A stretch of 64,000 nt of DNA from contig RSEE01000010.1 of the NCBI GenBank assembly GCA_003971905.1, positions 806,001 to 870,000 on the forward strand, given 5' to 3'. This document shows, piece after piece, positions 11,880 to 24,939 of this stretch. The translations under genes and the position numbers were made by a program. The notes under the pieces are model-generated. The model saw nothing but the letters and a program-made list of their open reading frames with translations, ran no database searches and was not told where the DNA came from. The stretch comes from Moniliella sp. 'wahieum' (lineage: Eukaryota). How positions within the stretch are numbered: position 1 is the stretch's first letter; every line of letters starts with the position of its first letter.

Positions 11880-12575
11880 GGACTACAGATCTCATCATGC
11901 ATCATGAATCATTAATCATGAGGCTTTAAGCTTTAAGCTTAAGTCCTTAACCCTTAGGCCTTAGGCCTTACGGCCGGGCCTTAGGCCGTAACGTCCGGAA
12001 CTTCTGAATCGATCGGAATACGTTCAGCTATACGTTGACATGGTGACAGCATCTCAACGCACAGGCCTCCGACCTCCGGGACTCAGGTACTGACTCAGGT
12101 ACTCAGGCCTGAGCGCGCCCTGAGCCTCAGTCCAGACTCCGGCCTCAAGTTGACCTCAGGTACTCAGAACTCAGTGCACGCAGTACAGACCATTAATCTA
12201 ATCGGTCGCATGTTAGCGGCTTCGCGTTAAGGCTTAGCGCTTAGCACTTATAAACTTAACCCCCTAATAGGTACTTCGCCAAGGCTCGTCACGCGTCACG
12301 CGTCACGCGTCCGCGTCACGTGTCACATGTCACATGTCACTAGTCACTAGTCACTGCGACCCTGCTCACCGGTCGCATGGCCACAGACCGCGGGTCACGT
12401 GGTCACTAGGATCACTGGTCATCGATCACCTCATCAATCAACCGGTCATCGATCGGTCATCGAACATCATGCATCACCGGTCAGCGTCAGGGCCAGCGTT
12501 TGGCCTGCGAGCGCGTTTCCTCGAGGATCGAGGATCGATGATCGATGGTGGAAGGCGATGACCGGTGACCGGTAC
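11880..12575. repeat. Cluster of tandem 7-mer odd palindromes (xyTNAy'x')
   Basis: CATCATG x2, CTTTAAG x2, CCTTAGG x2-3, GCTTAGC x2, CGTCACG x3-4, TGTCACA x2, AGTCACT x2, GGTGACC. Confidence 0.85.
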
Positions 12576-13173
12576 CTGGCTCTCAAACACAGTATGGCTT
12601 GGCAAAAAATGTTGTATGGTGGACCGCAGGCGGTGGCACAGAGGTTCACCTAGCTTACTTCTGGCAGCAGGTCTTTTGGTATCCACAGCTATGGTGTGTT
12701 CTGGAATCGGGAGGGTGGAGAGGCGCATTGCGCTCATTCATATGTCTGGGTCATTTACTTGGTTGTCCCGGATCTGCCCCCTGAGGTCTTAAGAATAACA
12801 ATAAGCTTTCAGTAATCGATAATCATTAATCATTACTCTTCTCTGGGCCGTTTTCGATGGAGCAAGGCAAGTATAGATCTCCCCTCTTAACGTGGATTTT
12901 CGAGTTTGGGGGGTCAAGTCATCAAAGCCTATGAACGCGTCGGTTCTGGAATTCCCCCAAGGCGCTATTTTCCACGCACGTTGAAGCAGATCGTGTATTG
13001 GCAATCAGATCACAGGCAAAAGAGATAAACGATGGTTATATACGCGATGTTCCTGGGGCAGGTAGGTGGGAATAGGCAATTATTGCACAGGGCGACAACA
13101 TCGCATGCAGTCAAGTGTGGAGCGGCGGTGCCTTGCGCACTTGAGCGCTGAGCATAGGAGGGAAACAGGTTGA

Positions 13174-15018
13174 TCACAGTTGGGGGCGGAGGGCTTGGGT
13201 GTGCTGTTGCAGCTCGGCTGGGTCGGCCGAGTCGTCAACCCAGAAGTTCCGCGCATTGTCAAGTTCCTCTCCGTCAATCCCGACGGACATGACGGCTGGG
13301 TGCTTGCTAGGCCGTCCATGGGGCAAGAGCGGGCGCCGATCCAACCGATCTTGAAGTTGGGCCAGCGTTGGCATCCGCCCGATCCGCATCAACTCGGCCG
13401 CCTTCATCACTACCGGGTCCCGACCCATACTGGCCACCGCAACAATCCGGCCTTGACGGTGGTAGTAGGCGACAAAGCGCAAGTCCTGCACCTGGCCATC
13501 CAGCAAATGCCATCAAAGCCCGGGCCCGTGCCGTCCGACGCGTACCGCAGCGCCGCGCCGAGCGCCGACCAGAAGATGGGAATGCGGTCAAACTTGGCCG
13601 TCGAGGGCAGCTTGCCTGCGATCCACTCGCCGACAAACCGGCCGTGGTTCGAAGCAACATTGTAGTGCTCTGTGCGGCCCAGTTTGGCGCCGTCGCGCGT
13701 GGGCGCCGTCGCAATGTCTCCAATGGCAAAAATTCGGTCCGTGTCAAGACCTTGCACTCGCATCGCTGCATCCACCACGACACTTCCGTCGCGTTGAAGC
13801 TCGGGGAATCCCGGGGTGGCACGGAGGTACTCGGTCGCAGGCACCACCCCCACCCCCACCACCACTTGCGCCGGCAGACGCACTTCGGCGCCTTGCTTAT
13901 CCTTGATGATGACGGCGCTTACGGTGCCCTTGTCATCGCCCTCAAAGCGCACCACACCCGCTTGCATGTAAAACTGAATCAGCGTCGTCTCCTCCAGGAC
14001 GGAACGGATGCCACCACCGACTTGGGGACCCAACACGCGCTCAAACGGCTCCGTCTCCATCCCCACCACCGACACTGACTTGGCGCGCTTTTGGGACGCA
14101 AGTGCCACCGCCGCCTCGCACCCAATGAACGACGATCCAATCACGACCACGTCCCGGTCCCCCTCATCGCCCAGTGCTTTGGTCAGCATGCTCACGTCCG
14201 AGATGCCGCGCATGGTGAGAATGTTGCCCAGCTGGCCCTCGCCCAGCTTGGCTCCAGGCAAGGGCAGCCGCCTCGGCGTACCGCCCGAGGCAAGGACCAG
14301 ATGATGGTAGGGCACCGTAGCCCCGATTCCAGCACCACTTGGTTCTGCTGTAGGTCGAGGCGCACGACCCGCGACTCGATGAGCAGTTTGACCTTGAGCA
14401 CACGCTCAAAATGGGCAGGAGAGCGCCACGTGACTGGGCCGCGCTGCCCACCAACGCTTTGCTCAGCCGTGGCCGATCCACAGGGGGGTTGGCCTCGGCG
14501 GTGATGATGGTGATGCTGCCTGTGTAACCGGCGGCGCGAGCCGCCTCAGCGACATTCAACGCGCCCGGTCCGCCGCCCACGACGACAATCCCGGGCGAAG
14601 GGGGGGCGTGGCGGCGGCAATGGCGGAACCTGGGGCGGCGGCCGGAGCGGGACCCTCAGCTTTGCCCCGCAGCAGCTCCGGATCAGCTTGGACGAACACT
14701 TGGTCGCCCTCAATGGTAAGCGGAAGCGATTGGAGCGGGTTGAGCGCCGGCGCATCTTCTATGTCGCCCGTTTGTACGCGGAAGCACGCGCCGTGCCAGG
14801 GACAGGTCAGTCGGCCGCTCTTGGTCAGCACGCCGCCAGTCAAGGGAGCGCCATAGTGCGTGCACTTGGCCGATGTCGTACAGCTTGCCGCCGGCCGGGT
14901 TGGAGATGAGCACCTGCACCGCATCCTTCTCCCCAGGCAGCTCGGCAAACGGCACGGCGACGGCATGGCCAAGCGGAATGTCGCTCACGCGGGCAACACA
15001 GCGCGTCTCGACGGGCAT
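13174..15018 (-). CDS. Apoptosis-inducing-factor-like oxidoreductase (Rieske 2Fe-2S domain plus FAD/NAD pyridine nucleotide-disulfide reductase), frameshifted
   Basis: Rieske motifs 'KCTHYGAPL' and 'TCPWHGACF'; 'GGGPGA'; 'DRPRLSKAL'; 'VIGSSFIGCE'; 'FAIGDIA'; 'EHYNVASNHGR'; 'PIFWSALG'. The 3' end is approximate. Confidence 0.88.
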
Positions 15019-16120
15019 GGTGGGTGCGCGGAGACAAGGAGGAGGTGGGGGTGGGGGACGATGGGGTGGCGATGGATGAGGGCTGTGGGGAAGACGCAGC
15101 TGGGCCGTGATAAAAGCAACGCAGGTCGCCAATCCGATCATCCGAAGCGCCGGGCCAGCGGGGATTGCCCCAGTCCTGAGGCCCAGGACTCAACTGAGTT
15201 TGAAAACGGATTATGGATTTCCGGACGGCAAGCGCGTTGCAACCCGGCGGCCCCGGCGCTGGTCGAGTAACGATTGGACATTGATATTGGGCGCTCGGCT
15301 GCCACCGGCTAGGACGCCTCCATTATCAGTACGCAGTACCCTCGGCAGAAAGGCCGCGGCAGCGCGCCTGCCAGCCATTGGCCAGGCCAACTCCGCTGAA
15401 CATTTCACACCGTCTGCTCAGTACTACGCCGTACTCGGCGGTCGATTAATAATCGATGGATGGCGGATGATCAATCGCTCGCCTCCACTGCTCCACTGCC
15501 CCTCCGGCTGAGGCCGCACCGGCCTCACCGCTCACCGCCTCGCCCGCACACGCCGGGCCCAAGGCGGCTCTCGACAATCGCAGGCAGAGAAGGAACTGGG
15601 TACTGGCTGCCCTCCAATAGCGCGCACCAGCACATGTACCGCATACCTCCTACAGCCAGCAGCCGTCTGTCTCTACCCTCAGTACTCCGTACTTACTTGT
15701 CGGCTTTGCGAACTGGGCGCACGTCAAAAAAACACCAAACGCCCTTCTCCGCCGGTAGGGCGTCGCTAACTGAGCCGACGTGGCGCGTGATGCGTGACGC
15801 CTGCCTTGTCGCGCTTTCCGCGCTTGTCATTTTCTCTCAGAAGGACATGTCATCGCACCATGCGTGCGGCTGGCAAATCTCCGAATCGCAGGCGCCCTGG
15901 CGCCGCACAAGCCAGCTGAGCCGGTACGTAAAAAGGATGAAATGCAAACACATGAAAACAACAGGGGGCAAAGTAAACCCAATGGACGCGCAGCGTGGCC
16001 GCGAGGAGGGGGAGGGAAGCAGGTAGTCGATAGAGAGGGAATGGGAATGGGAAATGGGAGGGGGAGGGAGAAAGGGTTCAAGTTCAACGTTACAACGTTC
16101 CAATGGTCCAACCATTCAAG

Positions 16121-19100
16121 TCAAGCAGGTTGGTACCCATCTTCCAACCGAGCTTGGCGTCGATCCAACTTACGTTGTTTCCGTTTCTTGTGCGACACGA
16201 CCGAGTGGGCCGTCTCGGCAACGCGGAAGGCGCGTCGCGCCTTGGTCTCCTCTTCCACCACCACGCGCCGTAGCAGCGTTGCCAGCGGCACGCCCCGCGT
16301 CCGACTCACCGACTCGGTGCGCAGGGCCGGCGCAGCTTCCCACTCGCCATCTCGCTCGCGCTCACGGTCGCGCTGCTCCGACAGACGGGGGAGGAAGAGC
16401 GAGCTACCGATCGCACTGGAGGAGGAGGAGAGCGGGTTGGGAGAGGCCTTGGGCAAAGGCCCTTCCCAGCGCAGGTCCAGCTGCCCTTGGCCCGGCGGAC
16501 CGTACCACGACGAGACAAAGGCCGGTCCGAGCCAGTCGAGGGTATGCGCCAGGTCGAGCCGCTGGGCCGGGTTGGACGGTAGCCACAGGTACCGGTCCAA
16601 GCGCGAACTGTGGGCCGGGGTCGAGTAGCGCGCCAAGTCGTCCGGACGGTCGTCCCAGATGATGGGCGGGTGGGGCCGGGCGAGGGATTTGGGTTGGGCA
16701 GAGGCAGGCGGCGAGATGACCAGTTTGGGAAGCATAAACGACGGTCGATGCTTCGGGTCAGTACGTCCTTCCTCCCCGGTTGGCGTCAAGGGGGAGATGG
16801 TGACCGGAACCAAGGTGGCTTCGGAAGGCGGTTGCTAATGGCAGACGCATGCGTCGACACGGACCAAGGTGGTGTGGCATGTGGCTTGACATCCCACTTT
16901 TCTTCGTCCCACGGATCGGCCTCCCACTCGCGTCCCCCTTCTTGTACGGGGAGAGGGAGCGGCTGGGGGCCGGTTGCGGAAAGTAGAAGATTGGTGGTAT
17001 CCTGTTCGCTCCCACGGATCGGGGGGCAGCTGCCCGCGTGCCTTCCGGCCACGAATGCCGAGACGCACATCGGATTCAGAAGCGGGATCCCACTCCATAT
17101 CGTCCGAGCCTTCCTCCTCATCGTATATCCTCCGTTCATGAAGAGAACGGGCACCCATGGCTGACGCAAATCGGTCGAGCTATGAAACTGCGGGCGCGGC
17201 TCGTCACGGTTCGTCTCGGCTGCTTTGGACTTGAAAAAGACGTGCCTGGCAGCCCAAGTGGCCACCACCGAACGAATCACCGCCGGCGCCTTGGTATCCA
17301 GCTGGATCTGACGCTCCTCCAACAAGTCCCGTCGAGGCGTCGAGTACAATAGAGAGACCCATCCAGGCGAATCAATGCCGTTGGCACAAAACAGGTCAAG
17401 CCACCGATGGAAACGAGCCCAGCGCGAAGGCTCCCTTGGCACCACTGGGATGCGCTGGGGGAACCGGCCGGCGGCCCGTGCGTCTTCAACTCCTTCTCGG
17501 GGGAGGAGGTCCTCGACGTTCATTTGAGGATGATACGCCTCCCTGAGTTGGACCCAGGAGGGAAGCGTGTCGATACCGCAGATGGCATTCGCTTCGTCGT
17601 CGTCCAAAGAACGGCATTGAGAGACCCATAGACGCGTTCCGACCAGCTTAATCACTGCTGTACAGGGGATCAGACCGATGGTGAAAATAAGATACACGGC
17701 ACGCTCCTTGGTCACGGCAAAAAAGATGGCCAGGACAACCTGAGCCACGATCAATCCGTCCAACGAAAAACGTAGCATGCGCTTCAGGTAGATCTGCCCT
17801 TGGTTTTCGTGGAAACGACTAAGGTAAACATAGGCCAGGTCTTTCTTGAATACGACTCTGTAGTTTTTTTAAAAAAAAGGCAAGGTCAGTACGTCCCCAC
17901 GAGGAAAAAAGTCAAAAAGGCACACGTACAAAGCGCACCAAAGGTATACCATGGCAAAGGGGATGACGAGTGGATTGAAGATGGCAAAAATGAATACGAT
18001 GGTCATGACGGTCAAATGGAGTGGGAGCCAAATCGCATGACCAAATTTGCGCGGCAGTACCTTTTCCGTGCGTTCGCGTGGCGAACGCGCGCCCACCGCT
18101 TGGGCCGCTTGCCACAGTCCAATCACAGCTTGGATCAATCGGCACCCGTTTGGGTGGCAATGTGAGCATCAGATAGGAGCAGAAAAAGGGTGCGGCGGAC
18201 GGAAAGGCAAATGCGATCGAGGTCAAGACGGATCCTTGGTGGCTACTGTCCACACGAACCAGAATCGTCTGCAGCGTGGTGGCCCCCACGGAAAACAGGA
18301 TGACGGTGTTACAGACAACAAACTTCCAGTAGCGACACAGACACTGGTCGTAAAGCTCGGTGCGAGTAAAGAACCGATGAGCCCGCAGGTGGATCTGGAA
18401 GATGAATTCGGGCACGAGCAACATCACCCCGATACGATCAGGGTAGGCAGAGTACCCGAGACAAAACGCAGCCAGGCCCTGTGGTCGGAAAATGCCGAAT
18501 CGTGATTGTAGGTATGGGTGATACCGCCAATGTTGTTGAGCACCGAAGCAGCCGCCTGGGTAGGAATCATCCAAAAGACGGTGAACAGCCAGAAAAAGGT
18601 GCTTACCCCGAGACTGCGTACAATCTTCCAGCCAGGGTCGTGTGCATGAGCCGGTCCCAGATGATGTCCCTGCGCTCGGGGGCGAGGACAATGCGGGGAG
18701 CAACTTGGTCGCTGAGCTCACGCCAAACAAGCCTTGCTTGGCGCGGGTCACGGAAGGTGACAAACGCGACCGGTGGCGGCCCACTGATTGGCCGGGAGAG
18801 CACGCGCCGCGTCCACCAACGCATTGAGCAACTTGAACTTGGTCACGAGCAAGTCAATTGTTGGCACCACATCCCCCTTGTAGGTACCCGCCGTGAGCCT
18901 TGTGACGGGCTGGTACCGGTCCAACAGAGGCCGAGGCAGGGACAACAGTTCATGCCAAAAAGAGCACTTGGCGTCGGGTGCGAGGGATGACGTGACGAAC
19001 CGAGCGAGCCGCTGGGCAAGGACCATGTCGGGACTCGTGTTCTTCTCGGGTGGTACGGCAGAAAAGGCAATAGCCCGAACCGAACGGAGCACGTTCTGGG

Positions 19101-20221
19101 CGAGCTCCATGTGGGCCAACTCGAGCTTCGCAAGCGCCGCATCCCGTCGGCTCACGAGCCCATCTAATTCCGCCATCTTGCGCACAAACACGACCGACTG
19201 GACGGGGGAGGGAAGGATGGTCCTGCCCGTAGTGGTAGGGGAGTAGGTGGCCCACCCGGCTGGGCCAGCGGGCACGCCCAAATGCCGCTCGATGAACGCT
19301 GTTAGTGCCTGCTCCTCCCGCATGGGCCGCGGCAGGTTGGAAAACATAAGAGTGCGCTGCCGCCATCCCGCCATTTCAGGGTTCCTTTGAGCCTCAGCGA
19401 CGCTGTAGAAGGATGGGCGGGATCATCGCACGGCCAGACTGGCGCGCCAACTCGTCGCACAGCATGCTCTATTGTTGGTGCAGCAGCACGGGCGAGCGGG
19501 TCGTCGGGCGGCGCACGGCATGTGGGCCCTGGAGAGTACGGTGGCGCAGGCGGAGGATGAGATGGCGACGGGTTCGCACACGACGCCGCGGGCAGTCCAA
19601 TAGAGAGCACATACCCAGGAGAGAGTGATCCAGTACATAATCAGCAGGTGCACCCACAGCCAGCGGCGGCCCTGGTGGTTTTCAGTACGGACACAATCGG
19701 GCGCGGACAGGTTGGAGCACTTGGAGCGGTCGACGGGGGTGGTGACGAGGTAGGCGAGCGAGGCGCAGGCCATGTCGGTGCGGGAGTCGCAGTCGCTGAA
19801 GCGCATGTGGATGGCAAGGAGGGCGGGGAGGGTGGTGAGGAGCTGGAGGAACATCCACCACGTGGCGGCGCGCATGAAGCGCACTAAGTCAAGGCGTCGA
19901 TACCGACGTGGGTGGCATACCACCAGTCGCTGCGCATGATGGCGGGCCAGATCCAGAGGAGAGGCCAGCGCGGCAGGGGAGGGGACGGCGCAATAGCGTG
20001 GTACTCGCGTGGGGTGTAGAGGTGGGCGAGCTCCCAGCGGTCGGGTTGTCTGGCACGGTGGGTGGCTCGGACGAGAGGCGCCAGCGCGGGAGGCGGCGCA
20101 GATGGCGCGACGTCTCGTACCAGCCCACACAGACGATGGCGGCGGCGCCGAGGATGTAGGCATTGGTGGTGAGGCCGGTGAAGTCGGAGGTGTAGAATTT
20201 GCGGTTCTCCAGGTCGGCCAT
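16121..20221 (-). CDS. OSCA/TMEM63/CSC1 (RSN1, DUF221) Ca2+-permeable stress-gated channel, frameshifted and spliced
   Basis: Start MADLENRKFY... followed by a TM segment; 'WLWVHLLIMYWITLSW'; 'RTLMFSNLP'; 'AFVTFRDPRQA'; 'LAPERRDIIW'; 'AAPFFCSY'; 'IFNPLVIPF'; 'RFSLDGL..AQV'; C-terminal 'WDD..LWLP'. Confidence 0.85.
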
Positions 20222-23200
20222 GGCGCCCGCGGGGAGGGGGGGGCGGGGGCGGGGGCGGGGGCGGGGCGATGGCGATGGCGGTGACGAGGGGGGGGCAGAG
20301 GCGAGGGGACGGGTGGCGGTGGGGGGGTGGCCTGGCTGGCGCCGGTGCGTGTGCGTGTGGGGGTGCGCTTGAGGGCTGTGGAGGTTGACGCTGAAGGCAG
20401 CGGGAGGTGCGTGTGGCGATGGATGATGGATGATCGCAGTGAATGCTGGGGGCAGCTGAGGCGCCCTGCTGGCGAGGGTGCATGCCCGGGCGGGGCGGGC
20501 TGGCGGGGCGATCGGGCAGCCAGCAGCACCGCAGGCACAGCGCCCCCGTGCGTGTGCTGGCCAACACCAAATTCCCCGCCCCGCCCCGGCCGCCCCTGCC
20601 GCGGGCAGGGCAGCCGGGCGCACCCCGCTGCGCAGAGCACACAGGCGCTGCACGCCACCCGCGTGCTGCGTCATGCATCATGCGTCACACTCATGCATCT
20701 GCTCGCCTCGAGCTGCCCCCCAGTCGTCACTGACAAAACATCGCTGTCCCCGTTGTCCCTCTGCCTGCCGCCCGTTCAGCGGGGGCTCGGGAGGGCTAAT
20801 CGCGCACATCACACTTGTGAGGTGCCATCCTCGCGGCATGCTTCGGTGCAAACCGCATGCGGCCAGTGGCCTGCACCGCCGGGCACCACACCGGAGCACG
20901 CCGGCACACACGCCCTGTGCCCGCCAGCCGCGCTGGGCACAAGCCACCGCAGCAGGCTGGCTGGGTGCTCCAGCCAGAAGAGCAAGCTGCTTCTCCCTGC
21001 CCCACACACCACACCCACCCGCCCCGCCCCACACCCACCACGCATCACGGGTGGGAGTGTATGGGCCTGCCTCGCCTATCCAAAACGCGCCTTTTGCCCT
21101 TCTTCCCGCATCACCGAGAGCGCCATGCGTCTTCAACCGCTAGCGTTTCCCCCCGATCCTAATTACCTTTGTTGGCTTCTCGAATGTGTATTTGTCGAAT
21201 GTACCAATCTCTCCAGGGGTTATAGCCACATCGTCACACAATCATCATCTCCTCGCCGACGTCGAATTGTGGCTCAGCTACTGTATGAAGTGTCCTCGCC
21301 GCTTCTGAACTCAGTATCGCATTCACACCACCCACAACGAAACCCACTTTGGCCCCTTCCACACAATTGGACAACCCCTGCAGTACCGGTTACCGTGGCA
21401 TCATCATTCGTCTGACTATGGGCGGTACGTGCCCTATATGCCACACGTATCCACCCGAAAATGCGCAGGGCTGAGACGGGAATTCAGGTCACTCTCCCAA
21501 ACACCATCTCCGACCCCGCCAACGCGGCCAACTGGCTCCCTAGGGAACTACGGTACCGCCTTTGGCTCCTGTGATTGTCAGCTCCACAACGCTCCTGCGC
21601 TTCCCCCCCCATCTTGTTCCTCCCTCCTACCTTCTATTTGGGTACGCTTCTCGACTTCGTCGTCGTGAAAGATCATAATGGGGCAGTGAGGACCAGGAAA
21701 TGTTACCCGCTCCTGCTCGTGGGCGGGGGAGCTGATGGGTACCGGTAGGGCGAAGGGCAACAACCCACATGAGGGAGGGGGCGAGAGGGGAGGATACTAG
21801 AGGTGCGGTGCAAAGAAGTTTGCTCTCATTTTTGCGCGCGCCTCGGAACGTGTGCCGCATGGCCATCTGTCTAGTGGATTGGGGTCGTCACCTCCGCTCG
21901 GTTGGGGCGAGGGGGGGGGGAGGCGTCTCTCCCATCTTGCTTGGTCAATTTGAGAAACCCACATAATACAGTGGGCCCATAATGCCATTTGGGCGGGTTG
22001 CACATATATACCGGTCGCTTCCAAATGGGACAGGGCGCTAATATTTGTGGACCAAAGGGCAGCTCTGCCTCTTCTTCCATCTTTTCCCAGATGATGAACA
22101 GGGCGAGATACCTAGCATCGGTAAGTATTGCGGTATAATCGGCCACCACTTCTTCTTACTAGTCGTACTCTCACTTATGTGATGCTTTCTCTCAAAAAGT
22201 AACACACACACATCTCCTCTCGCTCCATCCAGCTCGTACAGCGACCAAAGGGAACAAGTTCCATTTAAACATTGTAAGGTGCGCTCATGGTGCATAGTTG
22301 TTTTGAAGCAGACAAATCAACCCAGGCGAGGGAAAACACAAGGGGTGCTTGAGGATCTACGTTGGCTCGCCCGCCCCCCTTCGTCCGTTATATACACTCT
22401 GTAAATATACACCTGTTTACTCTTCAACAAAACAAGACGTGTCTGCACACTAAGGCTCCCTCTCTGCGCAAAGGACTACGTTGGCGTCTCAGCGCGTGCT
22501 CACCAAAGCGCATGCCTCACCTCAATCCACATTTAAGGAAAATTGGTAACCTCTTTTTCACTTTCGTCCCTTGTTGGACGTACCTCTGTTGCTCACCTCA
22601 TGATGCGCTGGGATCGACTCTGTTCCTGCAATGGGCCCTTCCTTCCTTCGTCCCTTATCTCGGGGTATCGGGCATGCCAACCAGGACTATTCGCTGGATG
22701 GGTTGCATGACGCCTCCCCTCCATTGCAGAGGACATCGGGGTGCAAGACAAAGGGAGGACTCTTCTCACTTATTGCATCCCTAATGCCTTTCCCTCGGTC
22801 ATCGGGGGTGCCGGGAAGATTGAAGGGAGATCGATGCGGTTCTGCTGACATCGTCTCAGCCAGTGCTCGCCCGTAACAGAAAGGTATAGGTATGCGAATC
22901 TGAAGCCTTCGTCGGCATCGTTCTCAACCTTCCATTCTACTCCGAGAACTGACGGATGGTGTGGTTCGCACTTTTCTTATCTTCGTCAACAGACCACTTC
23001 TCCCTATACGACACTGAGAAAAGCTTCGCACACAGCCTCTCGAAGCTGAGACAAGGTGCCCACTGTTGGTTGGACATTTTTCGCTTCGGCCCCCGACTCC
23101 AAAATAAGTCTTGCATAATAACTTGGATCAGCACGAGCGTTTCGAATATACACACGCTCGTGTTAGTGTTACATTTGCAGAATAGCTTCGCAAACACTGC

Positions 23201-23499
23201 CACGTGTTGGGTTGGAGCCACTCTTTTTTCGCGGGCCGCGGGGCTTCTCACCGCAGCAACTGTGTGCCTGAGACGCCGCTGTCCTATGTACGTCCGCCAG
23301 GCCCGCGTGTGGGGTACCAAAACGGTCAACGGGTCATGGTGACCGGTGAAAGCCTAAAAAGATCATCAAGATCATCGATCGACGAAGGCCCCACATCAAA
23401 AAGAGATGAAGAATCGATTGACGCGAGCTGGCGAGGCCTGCCCATCGGGAAAATGCGTTGAGTACGTTGCATACTACTGAGTAGTAGGGTGAATCAGGG

Positions 23500-24110
23500 C
23501 ATGCTGAGTAACTGAGTACTGATTAATGATTGTCGATTGGTGGCCATAGTGGCCGGTGAGTCGCGAGCTGAGCCTCAGCGATGACGATGATCGATGACCA
23601 GCGATCGGTGACCAGGGGTATGATCGGTGAAGAGAGGTCTGAGGTCCCTGAGGTCCCTGAGGCGCTCAGGCCTCAGGCTTGAGGCCTGCGAGGCATGTGA
23701 GGCTCAGGCGCTCGGGCTCAGCGCTGAGGAGTTGCACACGAAGAGCATGATGCATGATGAGATCGAGAGACGAGGACGCCTGCCAAGCGCCCCCCTAGCT
23801 CAACCATAAGTCGAAAACTCTGAGGCCTGAAGATTGGCAGCCTAAGGCCTAAGGCCTAACCTGTGGTCTCATTAACAGACCCCACCAGATCTAAGCCCGG
23901 CCGATACCATTGCATAACAATTGTGTGTGATGCCGAAAGCATGAGGATGCACATGCGGAACGAAGCTTACTGGCCTTACGTTGTGGGCCTTTGGGACCTT
24001 AGGCCTAACATTGGGCCTAGGCCAAGGATGCAGATGTGGGACGCAGGAAAACGGCCCTGGAAAGAGCCTGTGTGACATGTGACATGCGACATGTGACATG
24101 TGTACGACGG
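23500..24110. repeat. Cluster of tandem 7-mer odd palindromes
   Basis: CCTGAGG/CCTCAGG runs at 23636-23690, CATGATG x2 at ~23746, CCTAAGG x2 at 23841, TGTGACA-based run at ~24071-24100. Confidence 0.75.
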
Positions 24111-24939
24111 AGACAGATCGCCAGGGACCCGTTGCTGGGAGTGTATGGGACACAATCGATCCTTTGGGCTGACGCGCGCTGACGCGCCAATGCTTCCGAG
24201 TCGAGCAGACTGCGCTGCTGTGACACAGCGGATGTGGGGAAGGTGCAGACTTACACTGGCCCCACGCCTCATCTGGTGGTCAACACACACTTCCCCCCGC
24301 GGTGGTATGTGGCCTCATACAGGTCCTGGGGAGGGCAGTGTGCAAGTTTGGCCGCTCATTGTAAGGCATCGATGCTTCAATATTAATAACGCGGCGCGGT
24401 AACGTTTAACGTGTATCGGCTACCGTTTTAGACGTCGACAGTTGCTAGTTGCCGCCAAATGATGTGGTGCACCACATTCGTTAACCACCCATGCGGAAAC
24501 AGAACGTCCACGTTGGAGGCATATGGCTGTCCCATAACGTTCTTATTGCCGTGTGTGGCATCTTCTCACAAATCACACAACGTTGCCAAGCCAGCACTGT
24601 GGCCAGGTTAGAGGCATGCCAGCCACGCCGCCACTGGGCCTCGGCTGGGGGACACGGAGGAGCGCGACCTTGATGACAGAAACTGTTATCGAGACGACGA
24701 ACGTAACACCTTCACAGTCCTGTAACACCCAAAGAAGGAAACCGAACGGTGACTCGTACAGCCAACGAGGTCGTATATAAATCTCACTCAGTTCTGGTGC
24801 TCGTCGTTTCTCCTTTCCCCTCCACCACCCATCTTTCCATCTTCCCTCCCCCCCCCCTTCACCACTCTCTTTCCCCTACTCGGGCACACCTCCGTCGACG
24901 GATCACACTTTCTTTTACCATACGTTCTCTCTGCCGCCC

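Noticed and set aside
11880..12575. CRISPR array or telomeric repeat interpretation of the short repeats
   Set aside because: There is no constant repeat with unique spacers, no cas genes and the context is eukaryotic. The units vary and are not (TTAGGG)n.
201..15018. Secondary-metabolite or siderophore biosynthetic cluster (DLH, TauD, SIT transporter, reductase)
   Set aside because: No NRPS, PKS or ornithine monooxygenase in the window, and the genes are interspersed with a tRNA and a kinase. A backbone gene left of the window cannot be excluded.
20327..21415. Long GC-rich ORFs (362 aa, 221 aa) and similar antisense ORFs elsewhere, e.g. 41623-43083 and 60906-61613
   Set aside because: Expected from stop-codon scarcity at high GC, or shadows of real genes on the opposite strand.
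21500..21600. Phage baseplate-like phrase 'VELTITGAKGGTVVP' on the minus strand
   Set aside because: Very short, overlaps a probable intron, and there is no viral context.
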